The translations under genes and the position numbers were made by a program. The notes beneath the pieces were generated by a model. The model was not told the DNA's origin. It worked only from the letters and a program-made list of their open reading frames with translations, and ran no database searches. Positions 37,044 to 46,052 of a DNA stretch of 64,000 bases are shown piece after piece (position 1 is the first letter of the stretch; each line of letters opens with the position of its first letter). The DNA is from Methanobacteriota archaeon (lineage in GTDB: Archaea > Thermoplasmatota > Thermoplasmata > RBG-16-68-12): contig CAMTUI010000023.1 of assembly GCA_947084985.1 (NCBI GenBank), forward strand, positions 25,724 through 89,723, in the 5' to 3' direction.

Positions 37044-37119
37044 TGGTTTTGCTCACACACGCGGCGCGTCCAAACGACGGGGGCTACTTGAGGTTTTGGG
37101 TGCGCGGTGCGCGGAGCCT

Positions 37120-37860
37120 TCAGACCCTCTGGTCCGCCTTCAGAATGCGGGTCTCGAGGTTCCCCTTCGTCTTTGCGTTCAGCCGCTCGAGGAACTCGGT
37201 CTGCATCCCAGCGGGCATCTCGACCACGCCGATCCACGCTCCGCTCGGCGACCACTCCTCCTTCAGAATCGAGCCGAAGGACTTGATGTCACCATAGCAC
37301 TTCGCGCTGTCCTCCGCGCTGAGCTTGACCGCGATGCGGGTCTTCTCGAAGCGAATCGGGATGAGCGGGCGGAGGGCATCGAGGACGTCCTTCACCTGCT
37401 CCTCGAGGCCCTTGAACGGATCCACGTGGACCTTCGCCTCCTCCATCGCGATCTCGATCCGCTGCGGGGGATGCGGCGTGCCCGTCTGCGGGTTAATCGC
37501 GTTCGCCGCGATGTACTGGACGATCTGCTTGCGCTTCGCCTCGAGCATCTGGCGGCGCTGTTCCGTCGTGAGCTGGATCTCCCCGCGAAGGATGATCTGC
37601 TTCGCGACCGCGAGCGGTTCCGTGGTCCCGAAGAGCTCCGCCATCTTCTCCTCGGAGGCTTTCGAGCCCTTGTGGGCGTCTCGGAAGATTTCGTCGATTG
37701 CGAGCTCCCGCAACAGGTCGACGTCTTTGCCGTCCCGCATCCGCTGCACGGCGTCGGGCTTCACGAGGACTTCGAACTTCTCGCCCGCCTTCTCGATACG
37801 CGCGACCACATATTCCTTGAAGATATCGTCGCGACGGTCCGTGCGGAGCTCCTTCGGCAT
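37120..37860 (-). CDS. Ribosome assembly factor SBDS
   Basis: [39 protein letters not shown]. Confidence 0.95.
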   Translation of the reverse strand: MPKELRTDRRDDIFKEYVVARIEKAGEKFEVLVKPDAVQRMRDGKDVDLLRELAIDEIFRDAHKGSKASEEKMAELFGTTEPLAVAKQIILRGEIQLTTEQRRQMLEAKRKQIVQYIAANAINPQTGTPHPPQRIEIAMEEAKVHVDPFKGLEEQVKDVLDALRPLIPIRFEKTRIAVKLSAEDSAKCYGDIKSFGSILKEEWSPSGAWIGVVEMPAGMQTEFLERLNAKTKGNLETRILKADQRV

Positions 37861-37868
37861 GACCTCGC

Positions 37869-38594
37869 CTAGGACGCCGTCGGGAGCCGGCGGAGATACT
37901 CGCCGACTTCCGGCTCGCTGAGGCGGCGGAACTTCTCCCCTTCGACGATCAGGCCGACCTCGATCGCTCGGGCATCGAGCTTCTCCCCCTCGGATGCCTT
38001 CTGGAGCGCCTCGAAGCCGAGGAGCATCGCGTCGTCCTGGGCCATGCCATCCTTATACTTCTCCTCGAGGAGCTCCATCACCGCCTGACGGCCCTGCCCG
38101 ATGCTGCCCGCCTTGTACGACACGAGCGCGCCGCTCGGGTCCGTCTCGAACAGGTGGGTGCCGAGGTCGTCCACGCCGGCGACGAGGAGCGCGGTCCCGA
38201 AGGGCCGCACGCCGCCGTACTGGGTGTAGTTCTGCTTGTAGTCGCAGATCCGTTTCACGAGGATGTCCACGCCGATTCGCTCGCTGTACGTGACCTTGTT
38301 GATCTGAGCGACGAGCCTGGCGTAGTCGACCAGGACCCGGGCGTCGGCGACGAGGCCCGAGGTGGCCGCGCCGACGTGCTCGTCGATCTGGAAGATCTTC
38401 TCGATGGACGAGGTCTCGACGAGCCTGGACCCGATCTTCTTGTCGGCCAGGAGGACGATCCCGTTCTTGAACTTCAGGCCGACTGTGGTGTTCCCGCGAG
38501 TCACGGCGACGCGCGCGTATTCGACCTGGAACAAGCGACCGTCGGGACTGAAGACCGTAATCGCCCGGTCATAGGCCATCTGGCCCGGCTGCAT
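37869..38594 (-). CDS. psmA: Proteasome subunit alpha
   Basis: [38 protein letters not shown]. Confidence 0.97.
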   Translation of the reverse strand: MQPGQMAYDRAITVFSPDGRLFQVEYARVAVTRGNTTVGLKFKNGIVLLADKKIGSRLVETSSIEKIFQIDEHVGAATSGLVADARVLVDYARLVAQINKVTYSERIGVDILVKRICDYKQNYTQYGGVRPFGTALLVAGVDDLGTHLFETDPSGALVSYKAGSIGQGRQAVMELLEEKYKDGMAQDDAMLLGFEALQKASEGEKLDARAIEVGLIVEGEKFRRLSEPEVGEYLRRLPTAS

Positions 38595-38626
38595 ATGATA
38601 AACCTCGCGGGCGCCTAATAAGGCGG

Positions 38627-38956
38627 TCACTTAAAAGGTTTGTTTTCTGACTCACGCGTTGGACGACGCCGCGGCGTGAGGAACTTCCGGGTCGCGGCGC
38701 GGATCGTGCCCGAGGTGCCAATCGTGACCAACCGTATGCGTTCCCCGCCGACCGTCTCGATGGCCCGGAGGGCCTGGATCGCCTCGTCCTTCTCGACGTT
38801 CGTCGTTCGGACGAGGCCTAGGGTCCCGTCGAACTCCACGAGCCAGAGGCGACCGGGTGCCGTGCGTAGGGCGGCCGACATCTCGGTCCGCTGGAACGAC
38901 CGGGGACCCTCGACCCGGATTGCGATGTAGCGGTTCCGCGGCGGCCTAGGGCTCAC
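38627..38956 (-). CDS. Ribonuclease P protein component Pop5/Rpp14
   Basis: RNRYIA, GLVRT, TIGTSGTIRAA; position upstream of psmA. Confidence 0.85.
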   Translation of the reverse strand: MSPRPPRNRYIAIRVEGPRSFQRTEMSAALRTAPGRLWLVEFDGTLGLVRTTNVEKDEAIQALRAIETVGGERIRLVTIGTSGTIRAATRKFLTPRRRPTRESENKPFK

Positions 38957-38967
38957 GCTCGCGACAA

Positions 38968-39009
38968 GAGAAGGAACAAGAAAAAGGTTGGGGATAAAAA
39001 GAGGAGGAG
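38968..39009 (-). terminator. Pyrimidine/U-rich archaeal terminator downstream of ftsZ
   Basis: Minus strand CTCCTCCTCTTTTTATCCCAACCTTTTTCTTGTTCCTTCTC directly after the stop codon. Confidence 0.6.
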
Positions 39010-39010
39010 G

Positions 39011-40147
39011 TCAGTGTACTTCGTCCACATCGGAGGAGGTCCGCACCGGACCTGTGTAGACCTCCTTGCCGAGCAAGGCTTTCGACCGGACGCCCGTGAT
39101 CACGAGGAGCACCCGGACCGTGTTCTGCAGACTGTCGTCGACGGTACAGCCCCAGATGATCCGCGCCTGGGGGTTGATCTTCTGTCCGACAACCTCCGCG
39201 GCCCGCTCCGCCTCGGACACCGTGAGGTCGGGGCCGCCGACGACGCGCACGAGCGCTCCGCGGGCGTGGGTCAGGTCGACCTCGCCAAGCAGCGGCGATT
39301 CGAGCGCCTCGTTGATCGCGTACTCGATCCGGTCCCGCTCTTCCTCGCTCTCGCCGATGCCGATCATCGCGACCCCGCCGCCCTTCATTATCGTCATCAG
39401 GTCGGCGTAGTCGAGGTTGACCAGACCGGGCTTCGTGATGATCTCCGTCATGCCCTTGATCGACTGCATGAGGATCTCATCCGCGACCTTGAAAGCGGCG
39501 TTGATCGGGAGCCGGGGGACGAGCTCGAGCAGCTTGTCGTTGTAAATCACGATCGTCGTGTCGCAGAACTTGCGGAGCTTGTCGAGGCCGGCCTCGGCGT
39601 TTTCCATGCGGATTCGGCCTTCCGACTTGAAGGGCATCGTGACCACGCCCATCGTGAGAGCGCCCTCTTCCTTCGCGACGCGGGCGACGTACTGTGCGGA
39701 GCCCGTGCCGGTCCCGCCGCCCAGGCCCGCGGTGATGAAGACGACGTGGGCCCCGCGGAGGAAATCGCGGATCTCCTCCTCGCTCTCGCGGGCCGCCTGC
39801 TCTCCTACCTCCGGCAGGGCGCCGGCCCCGAGGCCCTTCGTGAGCCGCTTCCCGATTAGGATCTTCTTTGCCGCGTGCACGGAGAGGAGGTGCTTCGCGT
39901 CCGTGTTCACGGCGCACATCTGCGCGCCCGTGACCCCGGCCTCCGCGCATCGGCTAATCGTGTTCGATCCGCCGCCGCCGCAGCCGACGATCTTGATCGA
40001 GACGTTGATCAGTTCGACGATCTTCTCGATCTCTTCGTCTTGTTCGGATACCTTCTTCGTCTCCGGCTTTGACTTCGCGGCCTGTTTCTTGTCCTGCTCT
40101 TCGGCCTCGGCGTGTCGGGCCAGAGCCTCGTTGAGAAGCGATTTCAT
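39011..40147 (-). CDS. ftsZ: Cell division protein FtsZ
   Basis: VGCGGGGSN, NTDAKHL, GLGAG, AGLGGGTGTG, PFKSEG, NLDYAD; TTTAAATA box at ~40199-40206. Confidence 0.97.
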   Translation of the reverse strand: MKSLLNEALARHAEAEEQDKKQAAKSKPETKKVSEQDEEIEKIVELINVSIKIVGCGGGGSNTISRCAEAGVTGAQMCAVNTDAKHLLSVHAAKKILIGKRLTKGLGAGALPEVGEQAARESEEEIRDFLRGAHVVFITAGLGGGTGTGSAQYVARVAKEEGALTMGVVTMPFKSEGRIRMENAEAGLDKLRKFCDTTIVIYNDKLLELVPRLPINAAFKVADEILMQSIKGMTEIITKPGLVNLDYADLMTIMKGGGVAMIGIGESEEERDRIEYAINEALESPLLGEVDLTHARGALVRVVGGPDLTVSEAERAAEVVGQKINPQARIIWGCTVDDSLQNTVRVLLVITGVRSKALLGKEVYTGPVRTSSDVDEVH

Positions 40148-40276
40148 TGTGCCATCCCATCCCGATGGAATCTGACGGACGGACGAATCGAGATGGGGGT
40201 ATTTAAAAGTAGTCATACACTTGTCTGACAAACCCCGCGTTGACATTCCGCGCGACCGGATCGCGCGGATGGACGG

Positions 40277-41053
40277 TCACAGCGCGGCGGCAGTCTTCGC
40301 GGACGAGAGGACGCTGACCCCGGCGTTCGTGATCTCGAACGGGTACACGGACTCGTCGTGGCTCGAGCCCTTGTACTTCTCCACGGAGATGAAGCGCTTG
40401 ATGCCGCCCTCGTCGCGGAGCTTGTGCAGGCGGATCTCCCCTCGTGCGAGGAACGCCTCCGGAGGGACCTCGCCCTCCTCCGGCAGCTCGAGGATCAGGA
40501 GGGACGTCAGCTTGGCCTCCGCGAGGTATCGCATGAACGACTGCGTCGTCACGGCTTCCTCGAACTCCCGCATGCAGAAGTACCGCAAGGCGGTCATCGA
40601 ATCGATCACGACGCGCTCGTAGTTCTTCTTCACGAAGAGGTTCTTGAGGAGCTGCTGCAGCGAGTGGACCGTGACCTCCTTGCTCTCGAAGTCCGGCGTC
40701 TTGCGGATCCGCTCGTTCAGGGCCCGCATCTTCGCAGGCTCCTCCTCCGTCGAGATTTCGAGGATCGGGGTGGGCTCGAAGCGCCGGATGTCCGAGTTCG
40801 CGTCGAGCACGTCGAGGTCGTCGAGGTTCCAGCGGAACGAGCGCATGTTGATCTTCAGCTCGTTCGGCGGCTCCTCCAGGGCGACGAAGAGGCAGCGTTC
40901 CCCGCCCTCCAGGCCTTCCCGCAGGAACTGCATCGAGAAGATCGTCTTGCCCGCGCCCGGCGGGCCCGAGAGGATGTACGGCCGCCCGGGCAGCAATCCG
41001 CCGTGGAGCATCTTGTCCATACCCGGGACGCCCGTTCGGATCTTGCCCGACAT
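40277..41053 (-). CDS. KaiC/RAD55 family ATPase
   Basis: TGVPGMDKMLHGG, GPPGAGKT, ALEE, VIDSMT, FLARGEIRL, EKYKGS. Confidence 0.9.
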   Translation of the reverse strand: MSGKIRTGVPGMDKMLHGGLLPGRPYILSGPPGAGKTIFSMQFLREGLEGGERCLFVALEEPPNELKINMRSFRWNLDDLDVLDANSDIRRFEPTPILEISTEEEPAKMRALNERIRKTPDFESKEVTVHSLQQLLKNLFVKKNYERVVIDSMTALRYFCMREFEEAVTTQSFMRYLAEAKLTSLLILELPEEGEVPPEAFLARGEIRLHKLRDEGGIKRFISVEKYKGSSHDESVYPFEITNAGVSVLSSAKTAAAL

Positions 41054-42141
41054 CAGCGGACGACCTCCGGAGGCTTGGGCGGCGCCGTGGCGGGGGGCGG
41101 GGGCGGCACCGTGCCGAGGCGCTGCTTCAGGTCGGAGTCGCACGTGAGGGCGAGCTTCATCGCCTTCTGGTAGTGCCGCCGCTGGAAGTGGAGCATCGCG
41201 CGGGAGAGGGACACCTCGACGTCCTTTACAGGGATCTGCCGGCGGTGGGCCTCTTCGATCCCGCGCATGACCGCCTCGACCAGGTTCGAGACCTCGTCGA
41301 TGATCCGCGCCTCGAGGAGGGACTCGACCGGCTTCGGACCCTGCTGTCCGGTGTGGGCCTGGGCGACCGCATCGACATGGACGACCATGCCCTTCGACAC
41401 GATCGACACGGGGCGCATCTGGTCGTCGAACGACGATCCGCGGAACTTCTCGATCGACAACGCGCGGCGGATCATGCTGCCGTCGAGCCACTTGTGCAAC
41501 CGGATCTCCCCGCGAGCGAGGAAGAACTCCGTCTCGAGGGTGCGCCGATCGAGGTGCTCGGACACGATGAGGCTCGTCGCCTCGAGCTCGGAGAGAAACC
41601 GCAGGAACGATTGGATCAGGATGCGGCTGTCCTGGCCCCCCATCGAGAACATCTTCAGGGCGGTCATCGAATCGATGACGATCCGCTTGTACCGCTGCTT
41701 CGTCCGCTCGAGATGCCCGAAGAACTCCTGTTTGATCATCTTCTGCACGCTGTGCACGTTGACCTCGAGGGCCCGGATCTGCGACGACTGCCGGATCTCC
41801 GTGACCTGTTCCATGTCCCTCACGTCGAGGGACGTACCGACGTCGATCACGGACCGCGTGCGCTTGTGCGCGCGCACGTCCGGCGTCGCGTCGAGGATCT
41901 TGAGGCGGTCCAGGTTCCATCCGAACGAGGCCATGTTCGACTTCACGTCGATCGGTGGCTCGTCCAGGGTCACGAGCAAGCAAGGCTCCTGCTGCTGGAG
42001 GCCCTCCAGGAGGAAGTGGGCCGCGAGGATCGTCTTGCCGCTCCCCGTCGGACCCGAGATGATGTATGGACGGGCGGGTAGGAGGCCCCCTTGGAGCATG
42101 GCATCCAAACCCGCGACGCCGGTCTTCACGCGATCCATCAA
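41053..42141 (-). CDS. KaiC/RAD55 family ATPase with C-terminal helical extension
   Basis: TGVAGLDAMLQGG, GPTGSGKT, TLDE, VIDSMT, FLARGEIRL, EKFRGS; stop overlaps the next ATG. Confidence 0.9.
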   Translation of the reverse strand: MMDRVKTGVAGLDAMLQGGLLPARPYIISGPTGSGKTILAAHFLLEGLQQQEPCLLVTLDEPPIDVKSNMASFGWNLDRLKILDATPDVRAHKRTRSVIDVGTSLDVRDMEQVTEIRQSSQIRALEVNVHSVQKMIKQEFFGHLERTKQRYKRIVIDSMTALKMFSMGGQDSRILIQSFLRFLSELEATSLIVSEHLDRRTLETEFFLARGEIRLHKWLDGSMIRRALSIEKFRGSSFDDQMRPVSIVSKGMVVHVDAVAQAHTGQQGPKPVESLLEARIIDEVSNLVEAVMRGIEEAHRRQIPVKDVEVSLSRAMLHFQRRHYQKAMKLALTCDSDLKQRLGTVPPPPPATAPPKPPEVVR

Positions 42142-42235
42142 ACGGCCTGCCGCGACCGCATCGACCCGGTCCCACCACGATAAACGTTGCGTCGTGAGAA
42201 TCAGGCCAGGGTCGTCCGCACTCCGAGGGAATCCG

Positions 42236-42257
42236 GTTAACCTTGAACAAGGTTAAC
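42236..42257. promoter_or_regulatory. Perfect 10-2-10 inverted repeat upstream of the KaiC pair
   Basis: GTTAACCTTG-AA-CAAGGTTAAC. Confidence 0.55.
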
Positions 42258-42326
42258 TCGTTGCGGTCGCGTGAGTCGACCGCATGGCCTCGATGGAAAA
42301 CGCCGCCTGTCCGAGCCTCGGCCGGA

Positions 42327-42463
42327 TAGCGGGGGATGGAAATCCCGGGTCCGAGGCGTGTCCTCGCAGCCCTTTTGAACCATCGATCTCCGGGTGTCTC
42401 ACCGGGGACCTGGGCGTCCCGAGCTATGAGCCCGACGGGATATCCTGGCTACCCCACCCCGCT
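42327..42463 (-). tRNA. Initiator tRNA-Met(CAT) with two introns (37/38: 42396-42424; 59/60: 42341-42373)
   Basis: A1:U72 acceptor AGCGGGG/CCCCGCT+A, three G-C pairs in the anticodon stem, loop CTCATAA, T-stem GATGG/CCATC; exons 39+22+14=75 nt; BHB motifs at both junctions. Confidence 0.9.
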
Positions 42464-42534
42464 GCGTGGCGGCGGCGCGGAAGGCGGTTGACCGTCCGCA
42501 TTGGACCGTGTCGGATAAACCTATCGCGCGGCAT

Positions 42535-42864
42535 TCAGAAGAACTTCCGAAATCGCGCGAGGTCCTCGAGACTCCCCTTCAGCTTGATGCGGCCCGTCGC
42601 ATATGCCTTGAACGGACCGATCTCGCGGAGGATGAGCGAGCGCAGCGTTTCGCGGTCCGTGAGGATCGTGATGGCCGGGTTGTCGACGCCGCCATCCATG
42701 AGGCCGGCGACCTTCTGGTCCTTCAGCGTGAAGTGATATCTCGTGCCGTCCTTGAGGTCGATCAGCACGGTCTTCGTGAGATCTCCGAGCTCCGCGCGCA
42801 GGGCCGGGTCCGCCGCGACCTTCGCGTTGAACTTGTGGATGAGATCCTCCAGCAATTCCTTCAT
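42535..42864 (-). CDS. SCP2 sterol/lipid-binding domain protein
   Basis: ITILTD..TL..L....GPFKAYATGRIKLKGSLED. Confidence 0.85.
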   Translation of the reverse strand: MKELLEDLIHKFNAKVAADPALRAELGDLTKTVLIDLKDGTRYHFTLKDQKVAGLMDGGVDNPAITILTDRETLRSLILREIGPFKAYATGRIKLKGSLEDLARFRKFF

Positions 42865-43517
42865 TCCTTGACACCGCCGAACTCGTCGAGCTTGCGATTC
42901 CGCGACTCCGCGAGCAGCCGCCGGGCGGTGTCCCACGAGGTCCGGGTGTGGGGCGGCAGAGACCCCGTCTCCCTAATCCACTTTTCCAGGAATGCAATCG
43001 TGTCCGCGTCCGCGGGATAGCCGGAGCCGACGGGCACGCCGAACTCCTCACCGATCGCGCGCATCTCGCGATCCCGCCGGACCTTCGCGAGGATCGACGC
43101 CGCGCTGACGACAGGAAAGAGCTCGTCCGCGTTGTGCTGGGACACGACCTCGACGTCGAAGGGGATCTCCCGGAGCACGGCCTTCTTGAATTCGATCTCG
43201 TCGACGTCCGCCGCGTCGACGTACGCCGTCTCCGGGTGGAGCGCCTCGATGATTGACGCGAAGAGCTTCGCCTCGAAGTCGTTGAGGGACATCTCCGCGC
43301 GCATCACGTCGATCCGCTCCGCCGGTATCACGATCAGCTCGTACTTGCATAGGCGCTCGATCTCCGGCGCCATGGCCTCCCGCCGTTCCGGCGTGAGCTT
43401 CTTTGAGTCCCGGACGTTCAGCTGGCGCAGGGCCACGTCGGATTCGACGCCCACGCCCGCGACGACGAGCGGACCAAGGACGGGACCGCGGCCCGCTTCA
43501 TCGACGCCGACAATCAC
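42861..43517 (-). CDS. rnhB: Ribonuclease HII
   Basis: GVDEAGRGPVLGPL, DSKKL, YVDA, VSAASILAKV, GSGYP. Confidence 0.97.
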   Translation of the reverse strand: MIVGVDEAGRGPVLGPLVVAGVGVESDVALRQLNVRDSKKLTPERREAMAPEIERLCKYELIVIPAERIDVMRAEMSLNDFEAKLFASIIEALHPETAYVDAADVDEIEFKKAVLREIPFDVEVVSQHNADELFPVVSAASILAKVRRDREMRAIGEEFGVPVGSGYPADADTIAFLEKWIRETGSLPPHTRTSWDTARRLLAESRNRKLDEFGGVKE

Positions 43518-43520
43518 TCC

Positions 43521-44810
43521 TCACACCCCGTATAGTTCGTGCGCGGTCTCCTGCGCCCTCGCGATGACGTCCCCCTCGTCCACGGTCCGCACGACGCCCC
43601 CGGCCATGAGCACATGGCCATCGACAATCGTCGCTTGGACATCGCTCCCCCGGGCGGCGTAGACGAGGTGGCTCAACACGTTGTCCGGATAAAAAGGAGT
43701 CGTGTGTGCGCCCCGTAACGACACGACGGCGAGGTCCGCGCGCTTTCCCACCTCGATCGAGCCGAGGTCGCGGTCCACGCCGAGGCCCTTCGCGGACCCG
43801 ATCGTCGCAAGGTCAAGCGCGGTCTGCGCGGGGACCGCGCGGGCATCCCATCGGGTCGCTTTGTGTAGGAGTGCGGCGACTTTCATTTCCGCGAAGAGGT
43901 CCATCCCGTTGTTCGAGATCGGGGAGTCGGTCCCGAGGCCGACCGGCACACCCTCCTGGAGCATTTCCGGGACTGGCGCGACGCCTCCCGAGGCGAGCTT
44001 CATGTTCGAGACGGGACAGTGGGCCACGGACACGCCATGGCGTGCGAGGGTCCGCACCTCGTTCATCGTCAACCAAACGCCGTGCGCTGCCGTCACGCGG
44101 TCGCCGAGGAAGCCGATCTTTTCGAGCCATTCCACGGGCCGCAGTCCGGTCTTCTTCCGATGGCCCTCGACTTCTCCCCGGGTCTCGGATAGATGCGTGT
44201 GGAGCCTCACCCCGTGCGTCGCCGCGATCTCCTTCGCCCTGGCGTACGTTTCCTCGGATGCCACGTAGACGCCCTGGACGCCGACGGATGGGGTGACGAG
44301 CGGGTCTCCCTTATGCCTCGAGACGAAGTGGTCCGCGTTCTTCAGCGGACTCCCGTGCTGCGTCGTGAACGCCTCGTCTAGGGTGACCCAGGACAGGAAG
44401 CCCCGCATGCCGGACTCGCGCACGGCGCGGGCGACCTCGTCCTCCCAGTAGAAGAGGTCGTGCACGCTCGTCGTGCCCGAGCGAATCATCTCGACGCACG
44501 CGAGGAGCGCGCCGATCTGCACGTCCCGCCGCGTGAGCTTCGCGTCGATCGCAAACGCCTTCTCGAGCATCTGCTCGAGCGGCACGTCGTCCGCGACGCC
44601 GCGGAGGAGCGTATTCGCGACGTGATGATGCAGGTTGATCAGGCCGGGGATGACCGCGCACCTGCCGCAATCGATGATCTCGTCGGCCGAGGCGTCGACC
44701 TGCCCGACCGCGGAGATCCGGCCGCCTTCAACGAGCACGTCCCCTGAGAGGATCCGCCGCTCCGGGCCCTGGGTGACGATGAGACCGCCGCGCAGAAGGA
44801 CCGAGGACAT
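43521..44810 (-). CDS. Amidohydrolase, MTA/SAH (5'-deoxyadenosine) deaminase family
   Basis: PGLINLHHH, HTHLSET, AHGVW, HCPVSNMKLASG, GLGTD, GKRAD. Confidence 0.9.
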   Translation of the reverse strand: MSSVLLRGGLIVTQGPERRILSGDVLVEGGRISAVGQVDASADEIIDCGRCAVIPGLINLHHHVANTLLRGVADDVPLEQMLEKAFAIDAKLTRRDVQIGALLACVEMIRSGTTSVHDLFYWEDEVARAVRESGMRGFLSWVTLDEAFTTQHGSPLKNADHFVSRHKGDPLVTPSVGVQGVYVASEETYARAKEIAATHGVRLHTHLSETRGEVEGHRKKTGLRPVEWLEKIGFLGDRVTAAHGVWLTMNEVRTLARHGVSVAHCPVSNMKLASGGVAPVPEMLQEGVPVGLGTDSPISNNGMDLFAEMKVAALLHKATRWDARAVPAQTALDLATIGSAKGLGVDRDLGSIEVGKRADLAVVSLRGAHTTPFYPDNVLSHLVYAARGSDVQATIVDGHVLMAGGVVRTVDEGDVIARAQETAHELYGV

Positions 44811-44872
44811 CGTAGCCCGGTCGATGGAGGGCTGATTAGAAAGGTTTTGCGGGAAGGCGCGGATACGTACTC

Positions 44873-45817
44873 GTGGATCCCGACTTTGACACTGCGCTGA
44901 CGACGTGCCTGCGTCGAGTTCCGCGCGGACAGGTCGCGACGTGCGGCGTCGTCGCAAAGGCGCTCGGAGACGTTCGCGCGGCCCGAGCGGTCGCCGAGTG
45001 GCTCGCGGTCCGACCGCGCGTAGAGGGAGCGCATCGGATCGTCCGGGCGGATGGAAAGCCCGTGGTCCCGAGTGCGATCACGATCCTGCGCAAGGAAGGA
45101 GCCCGGATCTCGCGCGATCTCGTTCGCGAGGACGCCTTCCTTGACCGACTGCCCGCGGTTCCTTTGCTGGGAGCACTCCGGGAGGAGCAGCGACGACTAT
45201 CGATGAAGGTCCGGGGGGACGACGACTTCCCGTCGCTCGATCGGATCGCGGGCGTGGACGTCGCGTATTCGGGCGACCGGATGTACGCGGCGGCGGTCTG
45301 TCTTCGGACGCGAGATCTGACCCTGCTCGAGGTCGTCCATATTGAGCTGCGAGCGAGCTTTCCTTACATTCCAACCTATCTCGCGTATCGCGAGTTCCCC
45401 GGAATTGCGGCCGCAGTCTCCCGTCTCTCGACTCGACCGGACGTCCTTCTGATCGACGGACACGGCCGCCTGCACCCCGCGCGGTTCGGCGTCGCGTGCC
45501 ATGTTGGAGTCCGACTCGACGTTCCCGCGATCGGCGTCGCGAAGCACTCGCTCGTCGGGAAACCGAGCCGCGAGCCCGCGTCGAGCGGTGCGATCCCGAT
45601 CGGGCTCGAAGGTCGGACCGAAGGATACGCGTGGGTCCCGCCGGGTCGCGCTCGAGCGATCTACGTGTCCGTGGGACATCGGATTTCCCTGGAGAGGGCA
45701 TTGTCCGTCGTACAGCGCGCGACGGTTCAGGGATATCCTGAGCCTCTTCGCCTTGCAGATCGGATGTCGAAAGAAAGGAAGCATATGGAAAAACGGAAAA
45801 AGGGTGCAAAGCGGTAA
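44873..45817 (+). CDS. nfi: Alkyltransferase(-like) DNA-binding domain fused to endonuclease V
   Basis: N-terminal VPRGQVAT....A..LG...AARAV...AHRIVRADG; C-terminal AGVDVAY, FPYIPTYLAYRE, IDGHGRLHP..FGVACH, GVAK, YVSVGH, PEPLRLAD. Confidence 0.9.
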   Translation: MDPDFDTALTTCLRRVPRGQVATCGVVAKALGDVRAARAVAEWLAVRPRVEGAHRIVRADGKPVVPSAITILRKEGARISRDLVREDAFLDRLPAVPLLGALREEQRRLSMKVRGDDDFPSLDRIAGVDVAYSGDRMYAAAVCLRTRDLTLLEVVHIELRASFPYIPTYLAYREFPGIAAAVSRLSTRPDVLLIDGHGRLHPARFGVACHVGVRLDVPAIGVAKHSLVGKPSREPASSGAIPIGLEGRTEGYAWVPPGRARAIYVSVGHRISLERALSVVQRATVQGYPEPLRLADRMSKERKHMEKRKKGAKR

Positions 45818-45862
45818 TGCGCTAGGGCGCATCATCCCGCAAGGGTTGCTTGGGCAAGCGAT

Positions 45863-45904
45863 CTATCTCTTCTTTTTCTTGCCCTTCTTCCCTTTCTTGG
45901 CCAC
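45863..45904 (-). CDS. Candidate 13-aa lysine-rich peptide MAKKGKKGKKKKR
   Basis: TTTTAAAA box at 45941-45948, GGGAGGA SD just before the GTG, TAG stop, small hairpins downstream. Confidence 0.6.
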   Translation of the reverse strand: MAKKGKKGKKKKR

Positions 45905-46052
45905 TGGGTTCCTCCCGGTCAACGGTATGGTATCGAGACCTTTTAAAAGTAGCGAACGTCGTCGAAAATCGCACTTTTTCAAAAATATAAAAATCGAACG
46001 ATGCGAAAACGGCTCCGAAACTGTTTTTTCCACGTCGATGCATGCAACGTGC

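Noticed and set aside
42142..42534. SRP RNA or RNase P RNA in the long structured intergenic gap
   Set aside because: The structure is explained by the two-intron tRNA-iMet and short palindromes; no SRP helix-8 or RNase P P4 motif was seen
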